The position numbers and the translations under genes are program-made. From Cyanophora paradoxa CCMP329 (taxonomy: Eukaryota; Plantae; Glaucophyta), in NCBI GenBank assembly GCA_004431415.1, contig QPMI01000482.1, positions 186,001-250,000 on the forward strand: a stretch of DNA of 64,000 bases, read 5' to 3'. Each line of letters starts with the position of its first letter. The first letter of the stretch is position 1. Below are positions 45,527 to 58,000 of this stretch, one piece after another. The notes beneath the pieces are model-generated. The model saw only the letters and a program-made list of their open reading frames with translations, was not told the DNA's origin and did no database searches.

Positions 45527-48500
45527 ATGTCCTACATCTTGAAGAAGCCAGTGCCACTTCGTAGATCTCCAGATTTCGTTGATGATCGACTCATAAATAT
45601 TCGCGTTTTCGGAAGCATCTTGGCAGACTTCAATGCTGATCGTGACATCCACAGGACCGAGTTTAGTCGACCAGCTGCATTAATTCTGCGGAACTCCCAC
45701 GTTGGTGCCCCGGATATTGCACAGAGATTCTGTCTTGGTCCCACTGAGAACTTTGTTGCTGAAATTATTGGGTCCAGGGCGTTGCCACGACACCTTCGCA
45801 TTGCCTCCTCAGGCACAGTCTCCAAGTATGATTCCGGTAGATTGATATTTAGGCTACAAAATGATAGAGGGGTCCACACATCAGCTCTACGTCTAATTGA
45901 TGAATCAAATGATGTCGCAAACAAAACTGCAGCTCACATCACTGGGCGAATTCTCCTTGGCGAAGATGCTGCAATATCAGTGCTTGCATCACAAATTCAG
46001 CCGTTCCCCTGGGATTTACTATATACCGATGCACGAGAAGCAAATCTTCTTTTCGGGTTTGATGTAAATCAAATCGATACCGAGCCAGCCACCAGGTTCG
46101 ATATTCCTGGATGCACCTTCGGCTCTATCTTGATTGAGGCTGACAGGCACCTGCTCCCGGCATTGCATGATAGATATGACCTAGGGCTTCGCACCAGGCA
46201 GTGGAGAAATATTCATGGAACTAATATTTATCAGGATGGTAAGAAGGTTAGCACCGAAGAGCAGGTTATCAACATTTTCAACTACTACTTCGGACCTATT
46301 GTCCCTATACCACCTCTTCCAGGGTTACCAAAGCCGCCAATCCCGGATGGACCTGGTCGAGAGCGAGTTGCTGATGAGACAGTTCCTTTTGGTCAACATA
46401 TTGTCAGTTGGAGCAAGTTCGCAATAAACCTATCTTCGAACCGAAAAAACAAATAGATGAACAGTATTTACCTCCTGAAATCGATATATTAGAGCTTGAT
46501 GATTACCAATTTGTCCCAGATGAGGAAGAGTATTTACCTGACGGTTTCGACCCGCAAGAGTATGAGTATGATCAATACGACCCAAATGAGGAAGAGTATT
46601 TACCCGATGGTTTAGATCCACAAGAGTATGAGTATGAACAGAATTATGAACCCCATGAGGAATATTTAGCAGATGGTCTCGAACCACCAGTTGTGGATTA
46701 TGAGCAACCTTATGAACCCCATGAGGAGTTTTTACCAGATGGTTTACAACCGGAGCTTTTTGAGTTCTTTCCAGATTGGGAACAGATCAACAACAAACCA
46801 GCGAGATATCCACCAGAGGATCACAACCATGATTGGGATGAGATCTTGGGTAAACCTGAGAAATATCCACCTGAAGATCACAGGCATGATTGGGGCGATA
46901 TCGATGGAATTCCACCTGAGTTTCCGCCAGAAGACCATTTACATATTTGGAGCGAAATACGAGAGCAGCCCACTTTTGCATCAGCAGGAAATGTATTATT
47001 AGGAGATATTAACAATGGTGTGAGTCTCTACCAAAATATAAACACACCAGAAAGATTACAATTAAACGATTATTATGTGAATCGTCAGGGAATCGATGCA
47101 GGCACCACAATGGACGGTGAATTGTATATTAGACCACCCACAAGGGATGTAATATTACCACTTGGTGGTGGAATTGAAATTAAAAATACAAAACCAGGAA
47201 TCTACTTAACAAACTACTACCCTGATGATGTCCCGATGACAGATAGTCTAATTTCTCTACCATCTGATCCGGCAAACTATGATAACAAAGATGCAACAAT
47301 ACAAATTAATGTTACGAATGTTAGCGATTTAGACGGATCAAGACCAAAACTTATATTCAGTCGTGAACAACTCGCAGCAGAAACACTTTTAGGAGATCGC
47401 GATGATTATAAACAATGTGAGGTAGCATGGATTAAAACAAATTATAATGGTGGAGTTCCTGAGGGTCTTTTAGAAATCAATCAGAGAGCCTCAGCGAAAA
47501 ACATTCATAACGAAAATATTTCAAGAGTCGTAACAGAAGATTATTTTAGATGGGATAATATCCCTGACGCACCCGAAAAATTCCCACCAGAAGACCATGA
47601 ACATGTTAAAGCCGATATTACAGATTTCGCACATGAACACGTCAAAGCCGATATTACAGATTTTGCCCACACTCACACAAAAGATCAAATAACAGATTTC
47701 GCACATGAACACGTCAAAGCCGATATTACGGATTTCGCACATGAACACGTCAAAGCGGATATTACAGATTTCGCCCATACTCACACAAAAGCAGATATCT
47801 CAGACTTTGCCCATACTCATCTAAAAGCAGATATTACAGACTTTGCACATGCTCACACAAAAGCAGATATCACAGATTTTGCACACACCCACCTTAAAGC
47901 AGATATTACAGACTTTGCACATACTCACCTAAAAGCAGATATTACAGATTTTGCACATACCCACACAAAAGTGGATATCTCAGATTTTGCACATAGGCAC
48001 AATTGGGACGAAATAGACGAACAGCCAGTTTTTGCCCAATTGAATGCAATCGGAAACGTTTTTAATGGAGTCACACTTTACCAATCGAGTAATACACCTG
48101 AAAGGCTATTTTTGAATGATCATTATGTTAGTCTCAATGGTTCATTTACAGGTCAAGACGGCACACCGATGGTGGGAACTCTTGCAGTAAGATTACCCAG
48201 GGATCCAATCGTAAATGGAGTGTATAGTGGCGATTTTAATGTAGGAATTAATGATACTTTCCCCAGTATCTATGTCACGAATTATCACCCGGGTGAAACA
48301 GGACAAGTAGCGGATTTTTCAGCAGCGATACAAGTAAATGTAACAGATCAAAGCGCATATGATGGAGCAAGACCTAAAATAGTTTTCACAAGGGAGAAAG
48401 TTGTAAACTACCTTCCTGTTGCGGGACAACCCACAGATGATCACGGTAAATGTGAGATGGCGTGGATTAAAACGTTATCAGGTGGCGCCTTAGAAGTCAA

Positions 48501-51075
48501 TCAGAGAATGGCGGCGAAAAACTTACACAATACCACCCTTTCCGGTGTTGTTACAGATGATTACTTAGAAAACAAAGATTATGTTACAAATACAGAATTA
48601 CAGTTAGCTGTTACAGATTTTGTTACAGATACCGAATTAACGTCAGCTCTTGCGAATTATCTACCTCTCACAGGTGGAACTGTAACAGGAATTGTAAACG
48701 CTACCACTTTACAAATTGGTGGAACAACAATTCCAAAAGGTTACGATTTCGACCAATTAGATGTGGTTTCGACAGACAGGAGCGCAAATAATTGGAACTT
48801 AGGATGGACACCAAGAACCGGACAAACAGGATGTTATACAACACCACAAAATGATGAAGATTGTAGCGCTTGTTTTATGCGTTGGACAGTTCCAGAAGGT
48901 ATGAAATCGTTTTACATCCAGCACATGCCGTGGTATAATGGTAGATACTTTGATATTTACGGGCAAACTGTGAATGGATATCAACATTTCTTAAAACGAG
49001 TTAATGATTATCAAGGAATCCTATCAGTTAATAATGATGGAACCAATAATACTATTTTGTTCACTTCTATCAATTGCGAATTTTACACAAAGATATATAT
49101 TCAAGGTCGAAAAGGTCGCATTCATCTCACAGGTGTTTTTGGGTGGAGCAGACAGAGAGCAACAGATAATGAATTGGGCATGATCTCTTGGGATAATATA
49201 TTTAGCAAACCGTCATTTTACTCAGCCGCAGACCTTCCAGCAACAGCAAAATGGACAACTAACACATGGTTAAAATCAACAGACAATATAGAAAGATTTT
49301 GGTTCGGTAATAATGATTGCACATATATACGAGGATATGGAAACTCTGAAAATGTATGTGTGGAGTTTCGCAATGGCTCCGATTTAGCATTATTAAAATC
49401 ATATAATAATGGTAATTTATGGATAGGAAGAGGTTTAAATGTCACTACAAGTGTAAGCGCAGCATCAATTACAGCAACTACTATAAATGCAACAACCATA
49501 GATGTTGCAACACTAAAAAGAAATGGTTATGACGTTCCGAAATGTTATGCTTTTGATGACACAGTAGCAGGTGGCGCTTATCAGTTATCGAGCGGAACTT
49601 GGATAGTTGGATATGGAAACTCTTGGGATCCAGGATATAATTATGGAAGTTATGCATATAACAGTGAATCCGATGATACAGCAGTTCCTACAACTACTTG
49701 GATTCAATACACAATCCCAGCAGCATTAGTAAATGGGACAGCATTCCTTACACATTTACCATGGTATAATTGCCGTTATTTTGAAATTTGGGGAGTCCGT
49801 AGTAATGGAGCAGTCGTATTTATTACGAGAGTTAATAACTATCAACCACATGACGGCAATAGCGACGGTTACCACAACGGGTTAAACAATGTCCCTATTT
49901 TCCTTGCCGGTCGATTTACTCACATCCGCATTTATCCAAAAGTCGGAAGAGTTCACATTATGGGTATTGGTTTTACACACGATCGCGCACATAGTAGTTC
50001 TCATGGTGGTTCAACCGGTTTTATTCATTGGAATAATGTTTACAGTAAACCTACTATTCCTACATCCTATTTGTCGTTAACAGATGTTACCAATTCGATT
50101 GGAAACATTACGAGTTTTGATGTGGTTTCAGGATGGAATAGTGCAACTGTATATTTCACAGGATCTTGGGGAACAGGATGGAAACCTACAACAGACAATC
50201 CAGTAGAAGGATTTTATAGCACCATTACTGATGATCAAACCAGCAGTGACTACATGCAAATGGAAGTTCCCAGTGGAATGCGAACATGTCATGTCCAATA
50301 TTTCTGTTGGACAAATTGCAGATATTTCGATATTGGAGGTTATCGAAACAATAGATGGAATCACATAATGCGAGTAAATACCTATCAGAATATTTCAAAT
50401 GTAGCCGATTCAAATTGGCATGATGGGTTAACATGGACATCCTTCTTTTGTGCGAATTTCTCACATATTCGATTTATTGCAAGAAAGGGGAGATGTCACA
50501 TTGGGATGATTGGATGGACAAAAGAAGTAGGAAGAACAGCACCAGCAAATGGGATGATCAGTTGGGATAATGTGTTCAGTAAACCAGGAACAGCAGTATG
50601 GTCGCATAACACATGGTTAGCATCAACAGAAGGCTATTCCCGTTTCTATTTTTCCAGTGATGGAACAACATATATAAGAGGACATGGAACATATGTTTGT
50701 GTGTGGAGAGATGCAAATGATTGGGATATGGCTTCGTTGGATAATGTAGGGACATTTTGGGTAAGGACACAATACCTTGCAAGTGATAGGAGATACAAAA
50801 CAGATATTAAGAAGCTAACAGGGGCGTTGCCAGCAATTGAAAGATTAGAAGGGGTGTCTTACAAGAAAAAAGATACCCAAAATGGTAGAACCTGTTTAGG
50901 ACTAATAGCACAAGATGTGGAGAAAGTGATACCAGAAGTTGTTGGAAAAGGAAAGGATGGGTTGTTAGCAATTGAATACACAGCATTGGTTCCTGTTCTC
51001 ATAGAAGCCGTTAAAGAATTATCCCAGAAATGCAAGAGTTTACAAGATCAAATAGACCAATGGCGCAGTCGCTAG
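45527..51075 (+). CDS. Large fibre/spike protein with C-terminal peptidase S74 chaperone, ~1850 aa (apparent frameshift ~46410)
   Basis: SDRRYKTDI...GLIAQDVEKVIPEVV...IEAVKEL; HxHxKADITDFA x11; one extra G gives SWEQVRNKP, matching internal W-x-x-I-x-x-KP repeats. Confidence 0.82.
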
Positions 51076-51139
51076 ACAAGCTAGCTCGCCTGCGGTCAGG
51101 CTGCTTAACTGCCGTAATAAAAATGTCTCAGTATAATAA

Positions 51140-51448
51140 ATGGCGACGTATCCACTCGGTGGATCTCCTTCCACTACTTCTGAGCCTGTCGCTCTTGCAT
51201 TCGATACTATCAAACTTGTAGCAGCACTACAAACTGTCGAAAAAACGATACAACAAACTAACAAACTGTCCCCAGTTGTTCATGAATATAAAAACCTCTT
51301 GGTTAATGTCCTTGCGCAATCGGCTTATGGTGATCCTGTTGCTAAATACTCTGAGTGCGATAGCAATATCAAAGCAATGACAGCCAATATTCAAGCTCTT
51401 TCTGTTGCTTACCAAGCCCTTGGAGCGAATCTAATCACTTTGGCTTGA
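51140..51448 (+). CDS. Hypothetical protein
   Basis: ORF with AT-rich leader. Confidence 0.6.
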   Translation: MATYPLGGSPSTTSEPVALAFDTIKLVAALQTVEKTIQQTNKLSPVVHEYKNLLVNVLAQSAYGDPVAKYSECDSNIKAMTANIQALSVAYQALGANLITLA

Positions 51449-51504
51449 TGGTAGTTTGGCTTGTCTGCCGACTTTTTTTTCTTTCCTTCTTAGTAAAATA
51501 AGCA

Positions 51505-52359
51505 ATGGGCGAATATAATCGGGTTCAGTTACCTATCTATTCACTTGGATCCCCTGCAAATCATTTTCGCCAACACGAAGTCAATGATGAGGTTCGCGGT
51601 CTGGAATCCACTGAACGACCTAATTCGAATGGTAACTCTTTTGACAAAAACTCAATGATTCGAGTAAAAGAACTTCGAGCTGACAAGAACTCAGGTGTGG
51701 TTAAAACAACTCGACTACTCGTATCTAATGCCAACTTCTTCCAACCAACTAATGGTGGCCCTGATGCTTATGGTGTTGATCTGAAAGCCCTTGACTTCGA
51801 TAAGAATTCTGCTGCTGTTACTGTGAGATCAGGAGGAGCTTTTATTGGCGGTGGCTGCAGAATTTCAGGTCAACTCTCTTCTTCGATTGCATACAATGAT
51901 GTCCCGGATTCCCTTGAACAAAATGTTGAAAATCCACAACGAATTCGGTTCTATACACCAGTTGCACAGCAACCTTTTCTTCACTTCTATGTTGCATCAT
52001 CTGTCACTCTTGAAAATTCAGAGTTGGTTTCCATTACAGGAACTGATCGTGTGAGAAGGAATATTCCTCTTCCCACAGCAATGCTTTCGATGTGCAGAGC
52101 AAACAACAATCAACCAGGTCACAATTACCTTTTCTTTGTTCAAGCATCAAATCATTTCGGTCGGGGATATTGTGTATATAACAATTTGACATTTACTTAT
52201 GATCTGTTTGTCACTGATGTAGGAGTTTACAATACTATGATTATGGGACTCAGAACAGATATAGCAGCTGTTTCGGCACTTCGTGGTGTGAATGTTGCTG
52301 ATATCTTTACAACCGGATTTTACCAGGAGCCAGATGTTATTGACGATCCTACTCCGTAA
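51505..52359 (+). CDS. Putative virion protein, paralogue A
   Basis: N-terminus (SPANH...GLESTE...DKNSGVVKTT) shared with 52933-53760. Confidence 0.7.
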   Translation: MGEYNRVQLPIYSLGSPANHFRQHEVNDEVRGLESTERPNSNGNSFDKNSMIRVKELRADKNSGVVKTTRLLVSNANFFQPTNGGPDAYGVDLKALDFDKNSAAVTVRSGGAFIGGGCRISGQLSSSIAYNDVPDSLEQNVENPQRIRFYTPVAQQPFLHFYVASSVTLENSELVSITGTDRVRRNIPLPTAMLSMCRANNNQPGHNYLFFVQASNHFGRGYCVYNNLTFTYDLFVTDVGVYNTMIMGLRTDIAAVSALRGVNVADIFTTGFYQEPDVIDDPTP

Positions 52360-52870
52360 AATTTAGATGCAGGAATGGCTTGTCTGCTTCAGAAGTATGT
52401 TCAAGAGCGTAAGCATCGCGGGCACGAGCAGCTTCTTCTGCGGTTGCAAAGTAACCAATGTGCTTATTGCGACCATTTACTCTAAATAGAGCTCGCCATT
52501 TGTTCTTAGACTTGTTATAGCATACCCCTATATACCCACTCGAGTTATTTTTTTGAAGCATTTGATTTAATGATTGCTGTTTCTTTGTAGCAAGGCGTAG
52601 ATTCTCACGTCTATTATCCAGTTTATTACAGTTAATGTGATCTATAGAAAACCCTGGATTGACTGATCCCACAATTATCTGATGCATTCTTGTTGTCGTC
52701 TTCTTTCCATTAACAGTGATATTACAGATAGCATAACCCTTTTTATCAAGATTCCAACGTTTCTCATTTACCAGCTCTGCATCAGCTGCTAATATCAAAG
52801 AATATGCCACTATTCCAGTTCGTCCATAGATAGGAATAGCAAGTTCTCCATGTGCAATTTCGATCTCCAT
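52349..52870 (-). CDS. HNH-AP2 endonuclease 3
   Basis: IDHINCNKLDNRRENLR plus AP2 motif. Confidence 0.9.
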   Translation of the reverse strand: MEIEIAHGELAIPIYGRTGIVAYSLILAADAELVNEKRWNLDKKGYAICNITVNGKKTTTRMHQIIVGSVNPGFSIDHINCNKLDNRRENLRLATKKQQSLNQMLQKNNSSGYIGVCYNKSKNKWRALFRVNGRNKHIGYFATAEEAARARDAYALEHTSEADKPFLHLNFTE

Positions 52871-52932
52871 CTGGACAGTCTTCCTTTTGCCTTGTTATTC
52901 TATATATTCATTTTCTTTAAGTCATAACAATA

Positions 52933-53760
52933 ATGGCTGAATCAATAGAGCGTATTGTTACAGCTCAGCTTTCATTAGCCAGTCCAGCAAATCACGTTCT
53001 ACAACACGCTACTTTTGACGATGTGGAAGGTCTTGAATCAACAGAGGTTCAACCGACAATGAATACCTTCGGATCTACACATAAACTTAGATTGCAGGAA
53101 CTCAGATGCGATAAAAATAATGGTATAGTTAAGACAACGAAACTTCTTGTCACAAATGCAAATTTTAGCGCAAATTATGGCGATCCAGACAGCTATAGCT
53201 CCCCTATTTCGACTTATTCTTTCGAATCTAGGTCAGGAGCGATCAACTGCAAGACAGGGGGAGCATATATTGGTGATGGTTTGCGTGTTGGGGGAACAAT
53301 CGGAGCTCCTCTCTTCGTGAACGACACGCCAAACCCGATCGACAATCTGACGCGGATTCGCACCTATGTCCCCGGTATGAATGCACCGTATATTATAAAG
53401 ATCTTTCCAATCGTTGTTAATGAGCAGACATCAGTAGTTGATTCTCTGGTTGAAATTGGTGATCATTATAAGGTAGTAGTCGATATTCCACCAGATATTT
53501 ATGCGCTCTGCCAGGTTGAGGGTGGAACTCCGAATATTTCAGTTGTAATCACACCCTACGACAATTTCGGGATCGCGTATCATGGTGTAAATTTCGGATT
53601 AGAAGATTATCAGTTTTTAGTAAGAGCAACGAAATTCGGTATTTATAAATGCATTCTCTTCGCTGAACGAACCGATGCTATTGCTAAACAGAACACATAT
53701 GCAGAGTACTACGGCACTAATAGGTACTTCCCCATTTTCGGACAGGATACGGCTCCATAG
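52933..53760 (+). CDS. Putative virion protein, paralogue B
   Basis: Paralogue of 51505-52359. Confidence 0.7.
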   Translation: MAESIERIVTAQLSLASPANHVLQHATFDDVEGLESTEVQPTMNTFGSTHKLRLQELRCDKNNGIVKTTKLLVTNANFSANYGDPDSYSSPISTYSFESRSGAINCKTGGAYIGDGLRVGGTIGAPLFVNDTPNPIDNLTRIRTYVPGMNAPYIIKIFPIVVNEQTSVVDSLVEIGDHYKVVVDIPPDIYALCQVEGGTPNISVVITPYDNFGIAYHGVNFGLEDYQFLVRATKFGIYKCILFAERTDAIAKQNTYAEYYGTNRYFPIFGQDTAP

Positions 53761-53799
53761 CCGCATTCCTTTGTTTTTTTTATATTTTTCCATTAATAG

Positions 53800-54135
53800 A
53801 TGGATTTGCTTCGAAAATGTATGGATATGTTCCATCTCAACGTCACCAGCAAATTGAATTGTAGTTGCTGCGAGACGACCATTAACCTCGAAATATCGGA
53901 CACTGAGGGCTCTCGCACCCCAGAAGCTCAGGCTTCGCCTATCAACACACCCAGGACTTCTAGGTCCAATTCTCCATTTACTCGAACTGATTCACCTGTA
54001 CCTTGGCTTGATGCTGAAGGCCGAAGATTGTCGTGGCCTCCCCCAGATATCCCGAAGCCAATGAAAAGAAGAAAGTCCTTGCTATCAAGTTTCAGAAAGG
54101 AGAAGACTCCAGTTTCGGAAAAGCAGCCAGATTAA
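53800..54135 (+). CDS. Small protein with CSCC motif and S/P-rich tail
   Basis: ORF ending just before the right TIR. Confidence 0.55.
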   Translation: MDLLRKCMDMFHLNVTSKLNCSCCETTINLEISDTEGSRTPEAQASPINTPRTSRSNSPFTRTDSPVPWLDAEGRRLSWPPPDIPKPMKRRKSLLSSFRKEKTPVSEKQPD

Positions 54136-54141
54136 GTGGAT

Positions 54142-54714
54142 GAGGCCGCACCAGAGCGCTCTTGGGACACGAAGTGCTTCAATGTACTCATCATTATCGC
54201 CTAGATAGAGCTAAACGCTTTTCCTCTGGTTGCTTCAATGTTCTCATCATTTCGCCTAAAATTAACCTAAACGTGCTTCCTCTGTTAGCTTCATCGTACT
54301 CATCTATATCGCCTAAAATTAACCTAAACGTGTTTCCTCTGTTAGCTTCAATGTACACTTCATTATCGCCTAAAATTAAGCTAAACGTGTTTCCTCTGAT
54401 AGCTTCATTGAACACATTAATATCGTCTAGACTATTCTTACTTGTTGCTCTGCAGACCGCGCGCAAGGGGGGCCGCGCTCCTCTTCGTCTATTCTTCTTC
54501 ACAGCTCTGCCTTGTATAGTCGTCAGATATTGCTAGGCTTCGTCCTAGGGAGTGGGTCGGTAGACGTAACAAGAGAGCGGGGTAGACGTAACGAGAGAGC
54601 GGGGTTGGAGTGATAGCGGGGTGGACGCTAGGGCTGGTGCAGCGAGAGAGGTGGTGATGGGATGGGGGTGGCGAAGAGGGGTGGGCCACCGTGGTGGGCT
54701 CTCTCTCATTTTTT
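54142..54714 (-). repeat. Right TIR of element 2
   Basis: Reverse complement of the left TIR; followed by TSD GCTGGA. Confidence 0.95.
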
Positions 54715-55073
54715 GCTGGAGGGGGCGGGCTACAGCCTGATGAGCAGCGCTTCCACAAGTTTCGACACGCATTTCAGCAAGAATGTGTACCATCATGATC
54801 ATCGCATGACCGTCGAGAAGTTGTATTTTAGGATCTGAACTTGTCCTGCACATTGGCCCCCCCCCCCCCCCCCCCCCCAGGCCCTGTAGATGGGACCCGT
54901 AGGCCCAGCTAGCACGCGTGCGGGCCTCGAGCTCGATCCCTGCTGTCCGGACAATCCTCTTAATCAAGAAAAGATCAAGCGCTTCATGAAAAGCAAAGCG
55001 ATCGCTGGCATGAAATTACAGGCGGGGAGCGCTGGCGGCCCTCTACGGGGCGACTGGGGGCCGGGCGGGTTCG

Positions 55074-58000
55074 TTATGTGGAGGAGCGGAGGGAGGCGAA
55101 GAGGGTCTCCAGGTCCTCCGCCGTCCGGCAGCGCGCCGCCGGCGGCACGTACCCCGACGCCACCTGGGGGGCACGTTAGAGGGCCGGGCGAGGAGCGGGC
55201 GCAGGAGGGGTCGGGGCTGGGGTCGGGCGGGGCGCGCCTCGAACTTCTGGGCGACCTCGAAGGTGGTGTTGACGGCCTTGGGGCTGTGCATCGAGGCGAT
55301 GCAGACGTCCGCCACGTCCGCCGCCGCCACCTTGTACGTCTCCGCGTCGTCCACGCTGCGCCCGGATTCGACGAGTCGAACTCGAAACCTCGAGAGCGCG
55401 AATTCGGGTTCGAGGACGGACCAGATGCGGCCCTGCTGGTCGAAGACGACGGGCACGGTCCCCGCCGGGTCCGTCGTGAACTGCGCCGGGCGCACCACCG
55501 TGTAGGGCACGCCTGCGCCGAGGGCAGGGGGCGGTCGGGAACGAAAGAAGGGCCGGGGTCGCAGGGGGCACCGGAGTTGCGAAGTGCGCGCTCGCCCTTG
55601 AGGCGCGTCGCGCGGAACAGGTCCTTCTTCTGCGCGGGCGGGGCGCCGGGCTCGGCCTCCGCGAGCGCACCGGGGAGCGCCCCGCGGGGACTCGAACCTG
55701 GACCTTGTAGGCGCCGATGATGACGGCGTCGTCGCGCATGAGCTCCATCATCAGGTCGGGCTCTGCGGGGCGCGGCGTTGAGAGAGGGCGACGGCGGGGA
55801 GGGCACGGGGGGCGGACCGGAGGACTGGGCGGCCTCGCCCGGGGCCTCCCCGTCGCCCTCGCGCTCGACGACGGCGGTGGCGGGCGGCGGGGACGACGAC
55901 GCCGGCGTCGCTGCGCCGGCGGGGCGGGGCTAAGGCCGCGCCCGAGGCCCGCGAGACGGCGGGCGGGCGCGCGCACGCTCGCCGGAGATCCACTTGGAAG
56001 AGATGACGCCCTGCGGGGACCCCTCGCCTCAGGGAGGGCGGGGCGGGGGGCTGCTGTTGGAGGCGCGGGGCGGGGGCGCCTTGGAGGAGTAGAGGACGGT
56101 GGAGTTGGCGGGGGCCGCCTCGTACGAGTTGACCGCCGCGCACGAGAGCAGCACCACCTGCGGGGCGCGCGTGAGAGGCGGAGCGGGCGAGAGCGGGGCG
56201 CGGGGGCGGCACCTCGGGCTCGGCCGCGCGCTTGTACGCCTTCACGAAGTCCACCTCGAGGTAGAACTGCATACCCCCGCGTCGACTCGGGGGAGGAGGG
56301 GTACGGTGAGCTCCGTTCTCCCGGGCGGACCTGGCCCTGGTCCTTGGGGGACTTGGCGAACTGCGCGAGGCCGAAGCCGGCGACCTCCGAGAGGTCCTCC
56401 ACCGCCCTGCGGGGTACAGCGTCAAGGGGGGTAGGGGGTGGCCGGCGGGGGCGCGTGCGCACGAGTAGTTGTCGAGGAAGGCGCCCGAGTCGGAGTCGAT
56501 GGCGCGGAAGCGCTCGAAGGGGAGCCGGACAGTGCACCAGCCTGCCCGCCGGCCGTAGCTCAGCCTCGGACCAGCTCTGGGCCGGGCGGGGCGCGCTGGA
56601 GGCCGGGCGTACCGTACGGCTGCGACTTGAAGAGGCACGAGTAGTAGAAGCCTGCCGGGCGGGGCTTCAGCGCGGGCGGGGTGCAGGGGCCGGCGGGGCG
56701 GGCGGGCGGGCGGGCACCCTTCTCGACGGACTTCTTGGTGCGGAACGTGAGGGCGTACGTCTTCCCGTCGCCGTTCACGCGGAAGATGAGGCCCTGCCGG
56801 CGCGGCGTCACGGGGGCACGACACCGCGGGCGCAGGCGCAGGGGGGGCGCACGTTGTAGTCGGAGAGGTCGTGCTCCATCCCCGGGGACTGCACGTGCAC
56901 GCCGCTGCCGTACGCGAAGCCCGAGAATACGCTGCGCGGGTGCCGCATCAGCGGCGGGGGCGGGGGTGCCCCGGGCGAAGCGATCGCACCGGGCGGGGCG
57001 GCCGTCGTTGAGGGTGCGCTCCTCGAGCTGGGCGCGGGAGGAGACCTGGACGGCCTGCGAAGGGAGCGGGCGGATCAGGGGCGGGGGCCATCTCTTCGGG
57101 CAGCCGGGCGCACGCTGACGCCCTTGAAGCCGGTCTTGAGCGTCATGTTGAGCGACGTGCTGCCGATCTTGCTCCACTCCTGCGCGCGCGGCCGCCGGCT
57201 CGAGGGGCCCGACGCGTTCGCCAGGCGCCGCGCGGCCTGCGCACCTCGATTTGGGTTTTCTTGAAGTTGACGACGGTCTTCTTGGCCGCGTCCTGCTTCT
57301 TCTTCAGGTTGTGCTTCGCATCCTGCACGGCGCCCGCGTTGAGCTCGCGTCCGGCGGAGGCACCAAAGCAACCCCGCCCCCGCGGACCTGGAACGCGCGG
57401 ACGACGCTCGACACGCCGGCGTTGTAGACTTGCTCGAACTCATTCGCGATGAGCGAGCCTGTAGCTGGCGGCGTCGGCTGCGCGGCTCGCGCGGCGGGGC
57501 GCGCGAGCGACGCAAGGACGCACCGGCCGCGAAGATGACCTTGTCGGCGCCGGCCGCCGCCTCCACGAGCGCCTTCGTGTCTGAAAGCTCGCCCTCGAAT
57601 ATCTCGAGCTGCGCCCGCGTGAGGCGCGGCGGCACGGACGCCGGCGCGGGCCCAGCGCCGAGCTCGCGAGAGCGCACCCCTGCCGGGAAGAGCTCCTGGC
57701 ACTTGGCCGCGCTCCGGACGTACGCTTTGACCTTGTAATTGCGGAGCAGCAGCTTGCGCGTGATAATGCGGCCGATCGCGCCCGTGGCGCCGACGACGAG
57801 CACGGTCGTATCGCTGCGGTCCTCGCTCCCGCCGCCCAAGTCTGCGCCTTACGGTGAGGGGGAGCCAGGAGCAGCGCCAGCAAAACGTTTGAAGCTAAGG
57901 ATCCGCCCGGACCGCCCGGCGCGCCGCTGCAGCTATCGCTCGCTCCTGCACGTGGGACCACCCGTGCGCGCGCACGACGCCACGAACCGAAAAGGGCCTC

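Larger units (their letters stand above)
31321..54714. mobile_element. Element 2: complete endogenous Polinton-like virus
   Basis: TIRs, 6-bp TSD, pPolB, integrase, ATPase, capsid genes; low GC relative to host. Confidence 0.95.

Noticed and set aside
32044-51075. Programmed frameshifts or pseudogenisation of PolB, integrase, MCP and fibre
   Set aside because: Each break is fixed by adding one base to a short homopolymer, and the same indel type separates the palindrome arms; long-read consensus error is more likely
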